A stretch of 64,000 bases of DNA from contig OZ024749.1 of assembly GCA_964016885.1 (NCBI GenBank), positions 8,928,001-8,992,000 of the forward strand, given 5' to 3'. The notes below the pieces were generated by a model. It worked only from the letters and a program-made list of their open reading frames with translations. It made no database searches and was not told the origin of the DNA. Both the position numbers and the translations under genes were made by a program. Of the stretch, positions 1 through 14,133 are shown in pieces. Position 1 is the first letter of the stretch; each line of letters begins with the position of its first letter. This DNA is from Eledone cirrhosa (lineage: Eukaryota).

Positions 1-399
1 CACATGCACACAAACACACATGCACACACACACACACACACACACAAACATACAGACTCACACACAATCACACACATGCACACACATGCACACACACATG
101 CACACACACACATGCACACACACACACACATGTACACACACACACACATGCACACACACACACACGCATACACACACACACAAACACACAGACTCACACA
201 CAAGCACACACACACAAACACACAAACACACATACACACACACAAACACTCACACACATGAACACACACACATGTATGCATATATATACATACATACGTG
301 TATATATATATATATATGTGTGTGTGCGCGTTTTTGTTTGTATGTATATATCTATATGTGCATCTATACATATATACATATATACATATATACACACAC

Positions 400-493
<94 letters not shown>

Positions 494-600
494 GTGGGTA
501 GGGAGGTAGGTAGATAGTAGATAGATACCCCCACACACACATACACACATACACACTCACACATACACACTCACACATACACACATGCACACGCGTATAT
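1..600. repeat. Compound (CA)n/(TA)n/(GA)n microsatellite
   Basis: Direct reading of the dinucleotide runs; the His/Thr and Tyr/Ile ORFs here are artefacts. Confidence 0.97.
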
Positions 601-782
601 ATCTGTATACACAGTAAATATGTTATTAATGACCAGTTTAAACTGAAAGAACCACAGATAAATAAGTTATTCACTACTTAGTGTACAGAGGAAATATCTA
701 GTTATGTGCTTCTTACAAGACTAGTTCTGTTCCGTCGAATAGAGCTGTTCTGGGGACATATATGTATATAAATATAGTGAAT

Positions 783-897
783 GTCTGTGGCTGAGTGGTT
801 AGGGAATTGGATTCGCAATCGTGAGTTTGTGAGTTTGATTCCTGGACCAGGCAATGCGTTGTTTCCTTGAACAAGACACTTTATTTCACGTTGCTTC
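783..897 (+). mobile_element. tRNA-derived SINE, 3'-truncated (family 1)
   Basis: A-box-like tggctgagtggtt and B-box-like gtttgattcc, then gtttccttgaacaagacactttatttcacgttgct, which is shared with 56572-56830. Confidence 0.8.
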
Positions 898-985
898 TTC
901 TACCTGGAGAAGTATTAACAATTGGAAAGACCAACGGAAACATTGTTTCCTCGGTCCGATTTGACGAAAGTCAATCGACTGTCGA

Positions 986-1024
<39 letters not shown>

Positions 1025-1094
1025 GAAGTAATTCCGTCGGAAAAGTCCAGGAAAAAAGAGTGCTGTATGTAGGTAACAGAGCTTAATAGTTATA

Positions 1095-1175
<81 letters not shown>

Positions 1176-1393
1176 GAATAATCGAGAATCGGAATTTCAG
1201 CCCACGAAATCACGATAAACAATATCCGATATATGTGGCAGAGGGCTCAATAATTTGTAAAAATCAGAGCTGTAACTATCGTTAAAATACCAACACATAG
1301 AGGTCATGCCTAAAATCACCCATGCAGCCGAAAATAAACGACCAGGAAGATTCGGGTCACTCAAATAAAATATCAATAAATTAATAAATTAAA

Positions 1394-1430
<37 letters not shown>

Positions 1431-1660
1431 AGTGTAACTTGGAGTTACTGTAGTTTCACCCGGGTGAGCACTCGATGTTTAGGTTCACTTCAGTGTCGAG
1501 GTGTAGAGCTAGACAGAGTGTATTATATTGAAAAGATAACAACTACAGGCGAAAACATCCCCCTGATCTATTCCACCAATCAAAACAATCCTTATTGTCC
1601 AACATATGCACTTCTGACTTTATCATATAGCATGTATTCATTTTCTACTAGTATTTTAAG

Positions 1661-1746
1661 GGGTCCGTCGAGCTGTGGATTACAGAGTCGGGTAAGATCG
1701 ATAGAGATCGAACCTTGAGCTGATCAGTGGCGAAACGCGCGTCACC
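1661..1746 (+). ncRNA. Hammerhead-like motif, family B (long stem II, degenerate core)
   Basis: ggt-CCGTCGA-gctgtggat...gatcagtggc-GAAA-cgcgcg-TC-acc; a second copy lies on the minus strand at 3363-3447. Confidence 0.55.
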
Positions 1747-1794
1747 AACCAATAAATGTAATGAAGGAGTAACCAATCGTCCTTGTTATCTTTT

Positions 1795-1823
<29 letters not shown>

Positions 1824-1827
<4 letters not shown>

Positions 1828-2186
1828 ATCAAAAGATGGTTAAAAGAGTTCCAAGTATTTTATTATGTGCATTTCCAAAACAAATATCATGATGGGATGA
1901 TATCCGCGTTCTCATCAGATAAAATAGGGAGACATGATATGAAGCTTAAAAAACACTTGTGAGCAGTGAAGTTTTAAATCAACATTTGAAAAATAAAATA
2001 AGATGGATATATGAGATTGGGAAAAAGTGAGGGGGTGGGGGTGGAAAGGGTAAGGAAAAGGAATAAATAAGAGTAAAGGATGGGTGGGGGAGGAGTATAA
2101 GGAGAAAGGATGAGAGAGGAGGAGAAATGGGTGATAGAGAGAGAAAGATAGCCTTTACAAATGAGAAAATATTGTCTCAGTCCTAC

Positions 2187-2190
<4 letters not shown>
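1824..2190 (-). mobile_element. Diverged Naiad-PLE terminal repeat (pLTR) with HHR at ~1856-1926
   Basis: Aligns by eye to 33692-34000 and 37300-37613; the minus strand reads ttttat-CTGATGA...GAAA-tgcaca-TA-ataaaa. Confidence 0.8.
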
Positions 2191-2261
<71 letters not shown>

Positions 2262-2269
2262 AGTTTGTC

Positions 2270-2309
<40 letters not shown>

Positions 2310-3112
2310 GTTTGTTCGAAGCTCGAGATTTATCCCTAATAGGATATATCAAAATGCGAACGACCCGAGGGTAGGGACATAATCCTGGTATGTATATAAA
2401 CATTTCTAACTTTAATTTTATACCTAATTGTGTATGGTTGACCGTATATTTAATCGATTTCCACGTGCTGTCGAAATGTTGGGTAAAAACTCTATGGCGG
2501 TTGGCCGCAAAGAGATTGCTATCGTTTATTTATTTACTGTTTCTTCGTAGGTGGCTTTTAATCTTATAGCCTGGTCTAATTGGTTTTTTGTGTGGTTAAT
2601 TATGCTAATTGGGAGAGGAAATGGTGTGTATATATTATCAAATGATTCTATGGACATATTTTATAGTATATATATATATATATATATATATATACAAATT
2701 AATATAAATTAATATATTTGATAAACACAAATACCAACATATCCATGTTTGTATTGTAAATGACTAAGTTAGCTAGTTTGAAATATACTAATTATAATAA
2801 TACAGTTTGCCTGTCTCGATTTAAAATAATAAATCAATAAAAACAAAGCATATTGGCAAATGGCCGTGGTGCTTGGACATATTTTATTATGCGCATTTCG
2901 AAACAACATGGATATGTTGGTATTTGTGTTTATCAAATATATTAATTTATATTAACTTGTATTACACGGCTCAGAAATACTTCTTTCTTTGAGCTATTTC
3001 ATTGTAAAGGACTGCCTGAGTTTTGAACTCATTATTAATAGTATATTGATATACATATATATGTATCCAGGGATTGTAACGCGAAATTACTGTAGAGTGT
3101 TATATAATAATT

Positions 3113-3232
3113 GTTTCTACTTTTGGCACAAGGCCAGCAATTACCCAGTACATTACTGGTACTTTATGTTATCGACCCCGTAAGGATGAAAGGCAAAGTT
3201 AACCTCGGTGGGATTTGAATTCAGACCATAAA
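3113..3232 (-). mobile_element. SINE family 2 fragment
   Basis: Reverse complement of 9820-9940 (ttcaaatccc...ttaactttgcctttcatccttacggggtcgata...gtaccagt). Confidence 0.8.
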
Positions 3233-3362
3233 GAGTGTAATATAATAATAGAAGGACAAATGGGAGGAGAAATGGGTGATAGAGAGAGAAAGATAGCCTT
3301 TACAAATGAGAAAATATTGTCTCAGTCCTACATTATATATATATACATTAAGTTTATTGGTT

Positions 3363-3447
3363 GGTGACGCGCGTTTCGCTACTGATCAGCTCAAGGTTCG
3401 ATCTGCATCGATCTAGCCCGACTCTGGAATCAAAACCTCGTCGGACC
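3363..3447 (-). ncRNA. Hammerhead-like motif, family B
   Basis: Minus strand: ggt-CCGACGA-ggttttgat...gatcagtagc-GAAA-cgcgcg-TC-acc. Confidence 0.6.
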
Positions 3448-3742
3448 TCTGTGGTGGTAATGACAGAATGAATATACATGACACACAAAAGGTCTAACCT
3501 TCATATATGTATATATATAGAGATATATGTGTGTGTGTGTGAGAGAGATAGAAAGATCTGTATGTATAAATACATATATGTGTGTGTGTGTGTATATATA
3601 CTCATATGAATGCATATGAGTGTGTGTGTGCGTGTGTGTGAGTGTGTGTGTGCGTGTGCGTGTGCGTGTGTGTGTGCGTGTGCGTGTGTGTGTGTGTGCG
3701 CGCTTATATATGTATGCACACACACACACAAATCTATACGTG

Positions 3743-3779
<37 letters not shown>

Positions 3780-3884
3780 CTTATATATATGCACACATAC
3801 ACACAAATCTATACGTGTACGTCGTGTAGAAACAGAAAATTAATACGTACACATATACATACAGACCCATATATATATCTGTGT

Positions 3885-3921
<37 letters not shown>

Positions 3922-4243
3922 GAAGAAGAAATTAAAAGATGGTTAAAAAAGTTCCATATATTTTATTATGCGCATTTCGAAAACAACATCATCCTGGGAC
4001 AGAAGTTGTGTTCTCATCAGATAAAATAAGGTAACATGATATGAGGCCTAAAAACACTTGTCAACAGGAAAGTGAAAAGTCTACATAGTCTACTTTCCTG
4101 TTGACAAATGTTTTTAGGCCTCATATCATGTTACCTTATTTTATCTGATGAGAACACAACTTCTGTCCCAGGATGATGTTGTTTTCGAAATGCGCATAAT
4201 AAAATATATAGAACTTTTTTAACCACCTTTTAATTTCTTCTTC
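3922..4243. mobile_element. Palindromic pair of Naiad-type pLTRs, each with a type I HHR (minus ~3959-4028, plus ~4137-4205)
   Basis: ~150-bp inverted arms; the plus strand reads ttttat-CTGATGA-gaacacaact...gttgttttc-GAAA-tgcgca-TA-ataaaa. Confidence 0.88.
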
Positions 4244-4334
4244 AATATATACTCCAGTTCTACCAACTGTTGAGTGCTACTTATCTGATATATGCATAGT
4301 TTTACTGTTCTACAATATTACTCACCTTCTACAC

Positions 4335-4365
<31 letters not shown>

Positions 4366-4384
4366 ATTATATACATATATATAC

Positions 4385-4494
<110 letters not shown>

Positions 4495-4959
4495 ATATAT
4501 ATATATGTATATAATTATATATATATATACATATATATATATATGTGTGTAGAAGGTGAGTAATATTGTAGAACAATAAAACTATAAATATATACATATA
4601 AATATATATATATACAGTATATGATTCTAAAGACATGATTTATGATATATACATATATATATGTATATAATTATATATATATATACATATATATATATAT
4701 GTAAAAGGTGAGTAATATTGTAGAACAATAAAACTATGCATATATCAAATAAGTTATATATATATATATATGTATATATATACATATGTACATTTATACA
4801 CATATACACATATATATATGTGTGTATATACACATATGAACATATATGCATATATAGATATATACACCTATCCACATATATGTACATGTAGAGAGAGAAA
4901 CAGAAAGAAAGAGAAGGGGAGAAATTGGAGACCAGGAAACATATTGAGTTTGCTGTGTA

Positions 4960-5105
4960 TATGTGAATATGCGTGTGTGTGTGTTTGTGAATATGCGTGT
5001 GTGTGTGTTTGTGAATATGCGTGTGTGTGTTTGTGAATATGCGTGTGTGTGTGTTTGTGAATATGCGTGTGTGTGTGTTTGTGAATATGCGTGTGTGTGT
5101 GTTTG
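4960..5105. repeat. ~24-bp minisatellite (gtgaatatgcgtgtgtgtgtgttt), ~6 copies
   Basis: Direct reading. Confidence 0.9.
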
Positions 5106-5140
5106 TGCGTCTGTACGCCGATGACTGCATATACATACAC

Positions 5141-5204
<64 letters not shown>

Positions 5205-5290
5205 GTGTATGTATATGAATGCATATATATTTGTGTGTGTGGAAATATTTAAATATGTATGCACACTTTACAGACTTACAAAATCTATAC

Positions 5291-5333
<43 letters not shown>

Positions 5334-5384
5334 TGTACATATGCGTATGCATATATATACATATGCGTATACATATATGTATAT

Positions 5385-5435
<51 letters not shown>

Positions 5436-5616
5436 GTGTGTGTGTGTGTATGTATATATATATACTTATATATATTTGTACATATGTACATATGTACATA
5501 TATACACATATACAGATATATACATATAAACACATATACACACATACACACATACACACATATATACATGTATATATGTGTGTGTGTATATATACCAGTA
5601 TGTGTGTATGCAATGC

Positions 5617-5672
<56 letters not shown>

Positions 5673-6159
5673 ATATCTGTGTATATCTATGTATATCTGT
5701 GTATATCTGTGTGTATGTGTGTGTATGAGTATCTGTGTGTACGTGTGTGTGTATGTATTTGTGTACATATATGTGTATGTGTGTGTATATGTGTGTACAC
5801 AAATTATACTAGTCACTCCAAGACTCTCTCAGTAAGCAGAATTAGTTTTGGATAATTTAAAAGCAATAACTAAACTTATTGTGTTATTTTTTTTCCTGAA
5901 ATTACTTTCAACATGACAAATGAATAACAAAGATTTTTACTTATGTATTCATTTACTAATTCCAGTCAACAGACTGCGGCCATGTTGGGGCAATCTGGGA
6001 GTCAACAAAGAGGAATTATTCGTACTAACTTTTTTGTAATTTTTCATGTATATTATTTATTCAATCTATTTCTATATGTCGGTAAATCCCCTCCAGGGCC
6101 TTCTTGCTTCGTACTCTATGACCAGAATTTTGGTAAATATTATTATCATTTGGAATATA

Positions 6160-6345
6160 GGGCGGTGGATTGTCTGTACTGTTAGAGCGTCGGACACTAT
6201 GGTTCGCGGCATAGAGTTGCGGCCCTTTACGTAGATGTTCAAATCCCGCCGAGGTTACCTTTGCCTGTCATCCTTACGGGATCGATAAAATAAAGTACCA
6301 GTAATGAACTGAGTAATTGTTGGCCTTGTGCCAAAAGTAGAAACA
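6160..6345 (+). mobile_element. SINE family 2 (tRNA-like head), running into a tandem array of its own 3' part
   Basis: B-box-like gttcaaatccc; homologous to 9753-9940. Confidence 0.8.
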
Positions 6346-7932
6346 ATTATTATATTACACTCAGTAATACACTGAGGTCGATTTAATCGACTTCCCCCTC
6401 CTTTCCCAATTGCTGGCCTTGTGCCTAAAATAGAAACAATTATTATATTACACTCAGTAATACACTGAGGTCGATTTAATCGACTTCCCCCTCCTTTCCC
6501 AATTGCTGGCCTTGTGCCTAAAATAGAAACAATTATTATATTACACTCAGTAATACACTGAGGTCGATTTAATCGACTTCCCCCTCCTTTCCCAATTGCT
6601 GGCCTTGTGCCAAAAGTAGAAACAATTATTATATTACACTCAGTAATACACTGAGGTCGATTTAATCGACTTCCCCCTCCTTTCCCAATTGTTGGCCTTG
6701 TGCCTAAAATAGAAACAATTATTATATTACACTCAGTAATACACTGAGGTCGATTTAATCGACTTCCCCCTCCTTTCCCAATTGTTGGCCTTGTGCCTAA
6801 AATAGAAACAATTATTATATTACACTCAGTAATACACTGAGGTCGATTTAATCGACTTCCCCCTCCTTTCCCAATTGTTGGCCTTGTGCCTAAAATAGAA
6901 ACAATTATTATATTACACTCAGTAATACACTGAGGTCGATTTAATCGACTTCCCCCTCCTTTCCCAATTGTTGGCCTTGTGCCTAAAATAGAAACAATTA
7001 TTATATTACACTCAGTAATACACTGAGGTCGATTTAATCGACTTCCCCCTCCTTTCCCAATTGCTGGCCTTGTGCCTAAAATAGAAACAATTATTATATT
7101 ACACTCAGTAATACACTGAGGTCGATTTAATCGACTTCCCCCTCCTTTCCCAATTGCTGGCCTTGTGCCTAAAATAGAAACAATTATTATATTACACTCA
7201 GTAATACACTGAGGTCGATTTAATCGACTTCCCCCTCCTTTCCCAATTGTTGGCCTTGTGCCTAAAATAGAAACAATTATTATATTACACTCAGTAATAC
7301 ACTGAGGTCGATTTAATCGACTTCCCCCTCCTTTCCCAATTGCTGGCCTTGTGCCTAAAAGTAGAAACAATTATTATATTACACTCAGTAATACACTGAG
7401 GTCGATTTAATCGACTTCCCCCTCCTTTCCCAATTGCTGGCCTTGTGCCTAAAATAGAAACAATTATTATATTACACTCAGTAATACACTGAGGTCGATT
7501 TAATCGACTTCCCCCTCCTTTCCCAATTGCTGGCCTTGTGCCTAAAATAGAAACAATTATTATATTACACTCAGTAATACACTGAGGTCGATTTAATCGA
7601 CTTCCCCCTCCTTTCCCAATTGCTGGCCTTGTGCCAAAAGTAGAAACAATTATTATATTACACTCAGTAATACACTGAGGTCGATTTAATCGACTTCCCC
7701 CTCCTTTCCCAATTGCTGGCCTTGTGCCTAAAATAGAAACAATTATTATATTACACTCAGTAATACACTGAGGTCGATTTAATCGACTTCCCCCTCCTTT
7801 CCCAATTGCTGGCCTTGTGCCTAAAATAGAAACAATTATTATATTACACTCAGTAATACACTGAGGTCGATTTAATCGACTTCCCCCTCCTTTCCCAATT
7901 GCTGGCCTTGTGCCTAAAATAGAAACAATTAT
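6316..7932. repeat. 93-bp tandem repeat, ~17 near-identical copies, SINE-derived
   Basis: Unit tggccttgtgcctaaaatagaaacaattattatattacactcagtaatacactgaggtcgatttaatcgacttccccctcctttcccaattgc; matches the 31-aa periodicity of the ORF. Confidence 0.96.
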
Positions 7933-8002
7933 TTGGAATGTATATATGGACTGCCCGGTTATTTATGACTCAGCTTCTCTAGTAATTTCCATATTACCTC
8001 CG

Positions 8003-8215
8003 ATCCAGGGCCTTCTCACTCATGTTGGAGGGAACCCCTCCCTGGTTGACCTCAAATCCAGGGCTTTCTCATCCCCATTGGAGGTAACCCCTCCCTTGTT
8101 GATCTCCATCCAATCCAGGGCTTTGTCACTCCAGTTGGAGGTAACCCCTCCCTGGTTGACCTCCAATCCGGGACCTTCTCACTCCTGTTGGAGGTGACCC
8201 CTTCCTAGTTGACTC
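8003..8215. repeat. Degenerate ~54-bp tandem repeat, ~4 copies
   Basis: Recurring ccagggc..tctcactc..gttggaggtaacccctccctggttgacctc. Confidence 0.75.
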
Positions 8216-8299
8216 CCAACACCTTCTCTTTGGTTTTGGTCATATCTTCAGCGGGTAGCCGCAGATGTACTGACCACTCTTGGTCAATTGTGGGACTCC

Positions 8300-9720
8300 A
8301 TACTCTAGTACTCTATATTATGGTACTCTATACTGTGGTACTCTATACCATGATACTCTATATTGTGGTACTCTATACTGCCGTACTCTATACTATGATA
8401 CTCTATATTGTGGTACTCTATACTGCCGTACTCTATACCATGATACTCTATATTGTGGTACTCTATACTGTCGTACTCTATACCATGGTACTCTATACTG
8501 TGGTACGCTATACTATGATACTCTATATTGTGGTACTCTATACTGCCGTATTCTATACCATGATACTCTATATTGTGGTACTCTACACTGTCGTACTCTA
8601 TACCATGGTACTCTATACTGTGGTACGCTATACTATGATACTCTATATTGTGGTACTCTATACTGTCGTACTCTATACCATGATACTCTATATTGTGGTA
8701 CTCTATACTGCCGTATTCTATACCATGATACTCTATATTGTGGTACTCTATACCGTGGTACTCTATACCGTGGTACTCTATACTGTGATACTCTATACTG
8801 TGATACTCTATACTGTTGTACTCTATACCATGGTACTCTCTATTATGGTACTCTATACTGTGGTACTTTATACTGTGATACTCTATACTGTGATACTCTA
8901 TACTGTTGTACTCTATACCATGGTACTCTCTATTATGGTACTCTATACTATGATACTCTATATTGTGGTACTCTATACTGCCATACTCTATACCATGATA
9001 CTCTATATTGTGGTACTCTATACCATGGTACTCTATACCGTGGTACTCTATACTGTGATACTCTATACTGTGATACTCTATACTGTTGTACTCTATACCA
9101 TGGTACTCTCTATTATGGTACTCTATACTGTGATACTCTATACTGTGATACTCTATACTGTTGTACTCTATACCATGGTACTCTCTGTTATGGTACTCTA
9201 TACTGTGGTACTTTATACTGTGATACTCTATACTGTTGTACTCTATACAATGGTACTCTATATTGTGGTGCTCTATACTGTGGTACTCTATACTGTGATA
9301 CACTATATTGTTATACTCTGTACTGCGGTACTCTATACTGCGGTATTCTATATTGTGGTACTCTATCTATACTATGATACTCTATATTGTGGTACTCTAT
9401 ACTGTGGTACTCTATATTGTGGTACTCTATACTGCGGTAATCTATACCGCGGTACTCTATACTGTGGTTCTCTATATTCTGGTACTCCATATGGTACTTT
9501 ATACCGTGGTACTCTATATTCTGGTATCGTATACTGTGGTACTCTATACCATGGAATTCTCTACTGCGGTTCTCTATATTGTGCTACTCTATCTATACTA
9601 TGATACTCTATATTGTGGTACTCTATACTGCGGTACTCTATATTGTGCTACTCTATACTGTGGTACTCTATATTGCGGTACTCTATATTGTGCTACTCTA
9701 TACTGTGGTATTCTATACTT
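8300..9720. repeat. 15-bp minisatellite (gtactctatactgtg), >90 variant units
   Basis: Direct reading; produces the 5-aa periodic ORFs (VLYTV, GTLYC, IEYHS). Confidence 0.96.
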
Positions 9721-9752
9721 TTAGAAATGTTGTGATAGTTGTTTGTAAAGAT

Positions 9753-9940
9753 AGGCGATTGGCAGTATCGGTAGAGGGTCGGACGCCATGCTTTGGCGCA
9801 TAGAGTTACGGCCCTTGCCATTCTGAGTTCAAATCCCGCCGAGGTTAACTTTGCCTTTCATCCTTACGGGGTCGATAAAATAAAGTACCAGTAATGTACT
9901 GGATAATTGCTGGCCTTGTGCCTAAAGTAGAAACAATTAT
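9753..9940 (+). mobile_element. SINE family 2, near full length
   Basis: tggcagtatcggtag...gagttcaaatcccgccgaggttaactttgcctttcatcc...gtaccagt...tggccttgtgcctaaagtagaaac. Confidence 0.82.
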
Positions 9941-9984
9941 TCTAGAATGTCATATCTTAGGACATAACTAGAGAATGATTCTGA

Positions 9985-10330
9985 TAAATTGATTCCTGGA
10001 AAGACGTTGACAGTGTTCACACTGGCGGATTCCTGGTTAGCCAAGAGTATTGAGCAGGTTATATTGCACATGTCATAAATAAGCGGAATATGAATTGATA
10101 TAAACCATTGATATAAACCATATCGTGTGTGTAGAGAGGGAGTTATAATTACAAAAAGGAGTCTTATTGCAAGAGAAATTATTTCCCACAGAGAGTCCTC
10201 AACAGTGCTCCTTCTCTATCTGGTGTTAATACGTTGAAGGTAGAATATAGTGATTAGGATAGGGATTACTAATAACCTTCTCTTGTGGATGACCTCAAGT
10301 TGTATGGTGCTGGTGAAAAACAATTGGATA
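9985..10330 (+). pseudogene. Ancient R4-like LINE reverse transcriptase remnant
   Basis: gtggatgacctcaagttgtatggtgctggtgaaaaacaattggat translates as VDDLKLYGAGEKQLD, matching VDDLKLYAKN of the R4 copy at 40.8 kb; upstream RT motifs are heavily decayed. Confidence 0.5.
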
Positions 10331-10589
10331 TGAAGATCGGTTGAAAAGTTCGTAAACTGACCAAAGTACTCTCGTGGAATGACCAAATGAAGTTTATTTT
10401 TCAACATAGTTCTTGGAATGAAACAATGCATCTCAAAATGTGAGATGAAATGAAAACCAGAGATGAGGTTACATTGGAATCGATTTATTAGTCCCTATAT
10501 TTTGGATTTCTAATCCATCATCGGAGGAGGGGGGCTGTCCGGAGACATTTTTGAGATTTAATGGGGAGGAATCTACGGGGTCCTGTGTT

Positions 10590-10880
10590 GCTCGTGTCAG
10601 TGTCAGTCGCTGGAGATTTGATGGGGAGGACTCTATGTGGTGGTGTGTTGATAGTGTCAGTGTGAGTATCTGGAGATTTGATGGGGAGGACTCTATGTGG
10701 TGGTGTGTTGATAGTGTCAGTGTGAGTATCTGGAGATTTGATGGGGAGGACTCTATGTGGTGGTGTGTTGATAGTGTCAGTGTGAGTATCTGGAGATTTG
10801 ATGGGGGGACTCTATGTGGTGGTGTGTTGATAGTGTCAGTGTGAGTGTCTGGAGATTTGATGGGGAGGACTCTATGTGGT
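10590..10880. repeat. 60-bp tandem repeat, ~5 copies
   Basis: tggagatttgatggggaggactctatgtggtggtgtgttgatagtgtcagtgtgagtatc repeats in register on successive 60-nt lines. Confidence 0.95.
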
Positions 10881-11310
10881 CCTGTGTCAGTGTCAGCGTC
10901 TGTCACTGACACTAGACTGCTATATTTTCTCTCGACCTCGAAAGAGTAAAAGGCAAAATTTACCAGGACAAGTCCAGAGAGACGGAACGAATGACACAAA
11001 GCATTCTATCTGACCTTCTAACATATCTGCCTAACTCACCACATTGTATATTGTGCTACTGAGAGAACCATCACTTGCTCGATTTGATTGCTATTGAATT
11101 TATTGACCCCAAAAAAGAAGACAGCAAATGTTAAAAATCTGACGCTCTAACAACTTTACCACTTGGCCGAGTTTTCTGCTTAATTAACCCTGCCTTGCAC
11201 ACAACAACCCTTGTTATGGCTTATGCGCCATACTTGAAATCAAGCATTTCTGATGCTTCAGTCAGCAATAATGTGAAAAAGGAATTCAATACATTCAGAA
11301 TAAAAATCAC

Positions 11311-11407
<97 letters not shown>

Positions 11408-12239
11408 CACATACAGGCATACATACAGGCACACACACAAACACACACATACACACACACACATACACACACACATATATATGTAATAAAGAAGTTCTAG
11501 GCGTTTCTTCATGTTCTTTTATACGTTTGCGTCTATTTTTCTTCTTTCTCAAGCATCCAGACTTTTTTTCCTCTCTTCCGATGAAAGATTGATGTCCGAA
11601 AGGTTAATATTCTTTTCCAACTCTTTCAAGCCTTAAACTATTAGACCAATATCGTATGATATTGTTTTTCTGGCTAATTATTATTGATTATTTCTCTAAT
11701 GCGTATAATTGTAGTTGTGTCTATATCGATATATATCTGTATGTATGCATAGACGAATGGGTTTGAAGTAAATATATACAGCTTCTAGTGTATAGGTCTG
11801 TGTATGTGCATGTACGTGTATCTTTGTGGGTGTGTGTGTGCGTGCATGTGTGCGTGTGCGCGTGTGTGTATGTGTGTGCGTGCGTGTGGGGGGTGTCTAT
11901 GTGTGTGTGTGCGGGCGTGTGTGGGGGTGCCTATGTGTGTGTGTGTGCATGTGTGTGTGAGTGTGTGTGTGCGTGCCAGTGTGTGTGTGTGTGCGTGCGT
12001 GTGTGTGGGAGGGGGGCTACGTGTGTGTGTATGTGTGTGTGCGTGTGTGTGCAGGCACGAAATATGTTTCGTTTGTAGCATACAATTTCATGAATATAGA
12101 TGTGCGCGTGAATATGTGCATATAAATGTGTCTATATGCGAATATACATACATATACGCGTATATATGTACGCATACACACACATACACAGTCACACGAA
12201 CTCACACACGCGCACGCGCACACACACACACACATATAC

Positions 12240-12289
<50 letters not shown>

Positions 12290-12363
12290 TTTTACAGGAG
12301 TACAGCAACAAAAAAGAGCAACATATGAGACAGGTGTTATATTACAGCTACAACAGTGGCAAA

Positions 12364-13838
12364 GTACAAGATACAAGACTGAGGTTATATTTAATTAAAG
12401 GTACAACAGTGACAGAGTACAAAATATAAGACTGAGGTTATATTTAATTAAAGGTACAACAGCGACAGAGTATAAAATATAAGACTGAGGTTATATTTAA
12501 TTAAAGGTACAACAGTGACAGAGTATAAAATATAAGACTGAGGTTATATTTAATTAAAGGTACAACACGACAGAGTACAAAATATAAGACTGAGGTTATA
12601 TTTAATTAAAGGTACAACAGCGACAGAGTATAAAATATAAGACTGAGATTATATTTAATTAAAGGTACAACACGACAGAGTACAAAATATAAGACTGAGG
12701 TTATATTTAATTAAAGGTAAAACAGTGACAGAGTACAAGATACAAGACTGAGGTTATATTTAATTAAAGGTACAACAGTGACAGAGTACAAAATATAAGA
12801 CTGAGGTTATATTTAATTAAAGGTACAACAGTGACAGAGTACAAAATATAAGACTGAGGTTATATTTAATTAAAGGTACAACACGACAGAGTACAAAATA
12901 TAAGACTGAGATTATATTTAATTAAAGGTACAACACGACAGAGTACAAAATATAAGACTGGGGTTATATTTAATTAAAGGTAAAACAGTGACAGAGTACA
13001 AAATATAAGACTGAGATTATATTTAATTAAAGGTACAACACGACAGAGTACAAAATATAAGACTGAGGTTATATTTAATTAAAGGTAAAACAGTGACAGA
13101 GTACAAAATATAAGACTGAGATTATATTTAATTAAAGGTACAACACGACAGAGTACAAAATATAAGACTGAGGTTATATTTAATTAAAGGTAAAACAGTG
13201 ACAGAGTACAAAATATAAGACTGGGGTTATATTTAATTAAAGGTACAACAGTGACAGAGTACAAAATATAAGACTGAGGTTATATTTAATTAAAGGTACA
13301 ACAGTGACAGAGTACAAAATATAAGACTGAGGTTATATTTAATTAAAGGTACACGACAGAGTACAAAATATAAGACTGGGGTTATATTTAATTAAAGGTA
13401 CAACACGACAGAGTACAAAATAAAAGACTGAGGTTATATTTAATTAAAGGTACAACACGACAGAGTACAAAATATAAGACTGAGGTTATATTTAATTAAA
13501 GGTACAACACGACAGAGTACAAAATATAAGACTGAGGTTATATTTAATTAAAGGTAAAACAGTGACAGAGTACAAAATATAAGACTGGGGTTATATTTAA
13601 TTAAAGGTAAAACAGTGACAGAGTACAAAATATAAGACTGAGGTTATATTTAACTAAAGGTACAACACGACAGAGTACAAAATATAAGACTGAGGTTATA
13701 TTTAATTAAAGGTAAAACAGTGACAGAGTACAAAATATAAGACTGGGGTTATATTTAATTAAAGGTAAAACAGTGACAGAGTACAAAATATAAGACTGAG
13801 GTTATATTTAATTAAAGGTTAAACAGTGACAGAGTACA
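12364..13838. repeat. 52-53-bp tandem repeat, ~27 copies
   Basis: Unit aagactgaggttatatttaattaaaggtacaacagtgacagagtacaaaatat. Confidence 0.96.
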
Positions 13839-13996
13839 CCAAGTACAGAGAGTACAATAACGAGAAATGTCTCTACTGTACATACAACAGTGTTGCTATA
13901 GATATTAATTGACAATTTAATATATTTTTCATTAAACAAGTCAATTAGTAAATTCGTTCATTAGTTTATGCTGAAGCATGCACTAAATTATACGGA

Positions 13997-14047
<51 letters not shown>

Positions 14048-14133
14048 TATGTATACGTACATACATATATGTATACAGACGTACAGTAGTATGTATATAT
14101 ATACATACATGCACACATATATATATGTACGTA

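Noticed and set aside
783-860. tRNA genes here and at 56572
   Set aside because: The A and B boxes run into SINE bodies and no full cloverleaf forms.
6255-7370. 371-aa repetitive ORF, or CRISPR-like array with palindromic repeats
   Set aside because: Units are contiguous and near-identical with no unique spacers; the ORF arises from a stop-free 93-bp SINE-derived unit; eukaryotic context.
8209-9603. Long ORFs (464, 365 and 332 aa)
   Set aside because: Open in several frames on both strands because of a 15-bp minisatellite.
10329-10415. Possible mariner-like terminal inverted repeat
   Set aside because: Resemblance is from memory only; no partner TIR or transposase in the window.
11570-11610. 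HHR-like ccgatgaaagattgatgtccgaaaggtta
   Set aside because: Stems II and III are mismatched; at best a dead relic, so not listed as a feature.
12364-13838. 53-bp array as a CRISPR array
   Set aside because: No variable spacers; ordinary minisatellite.
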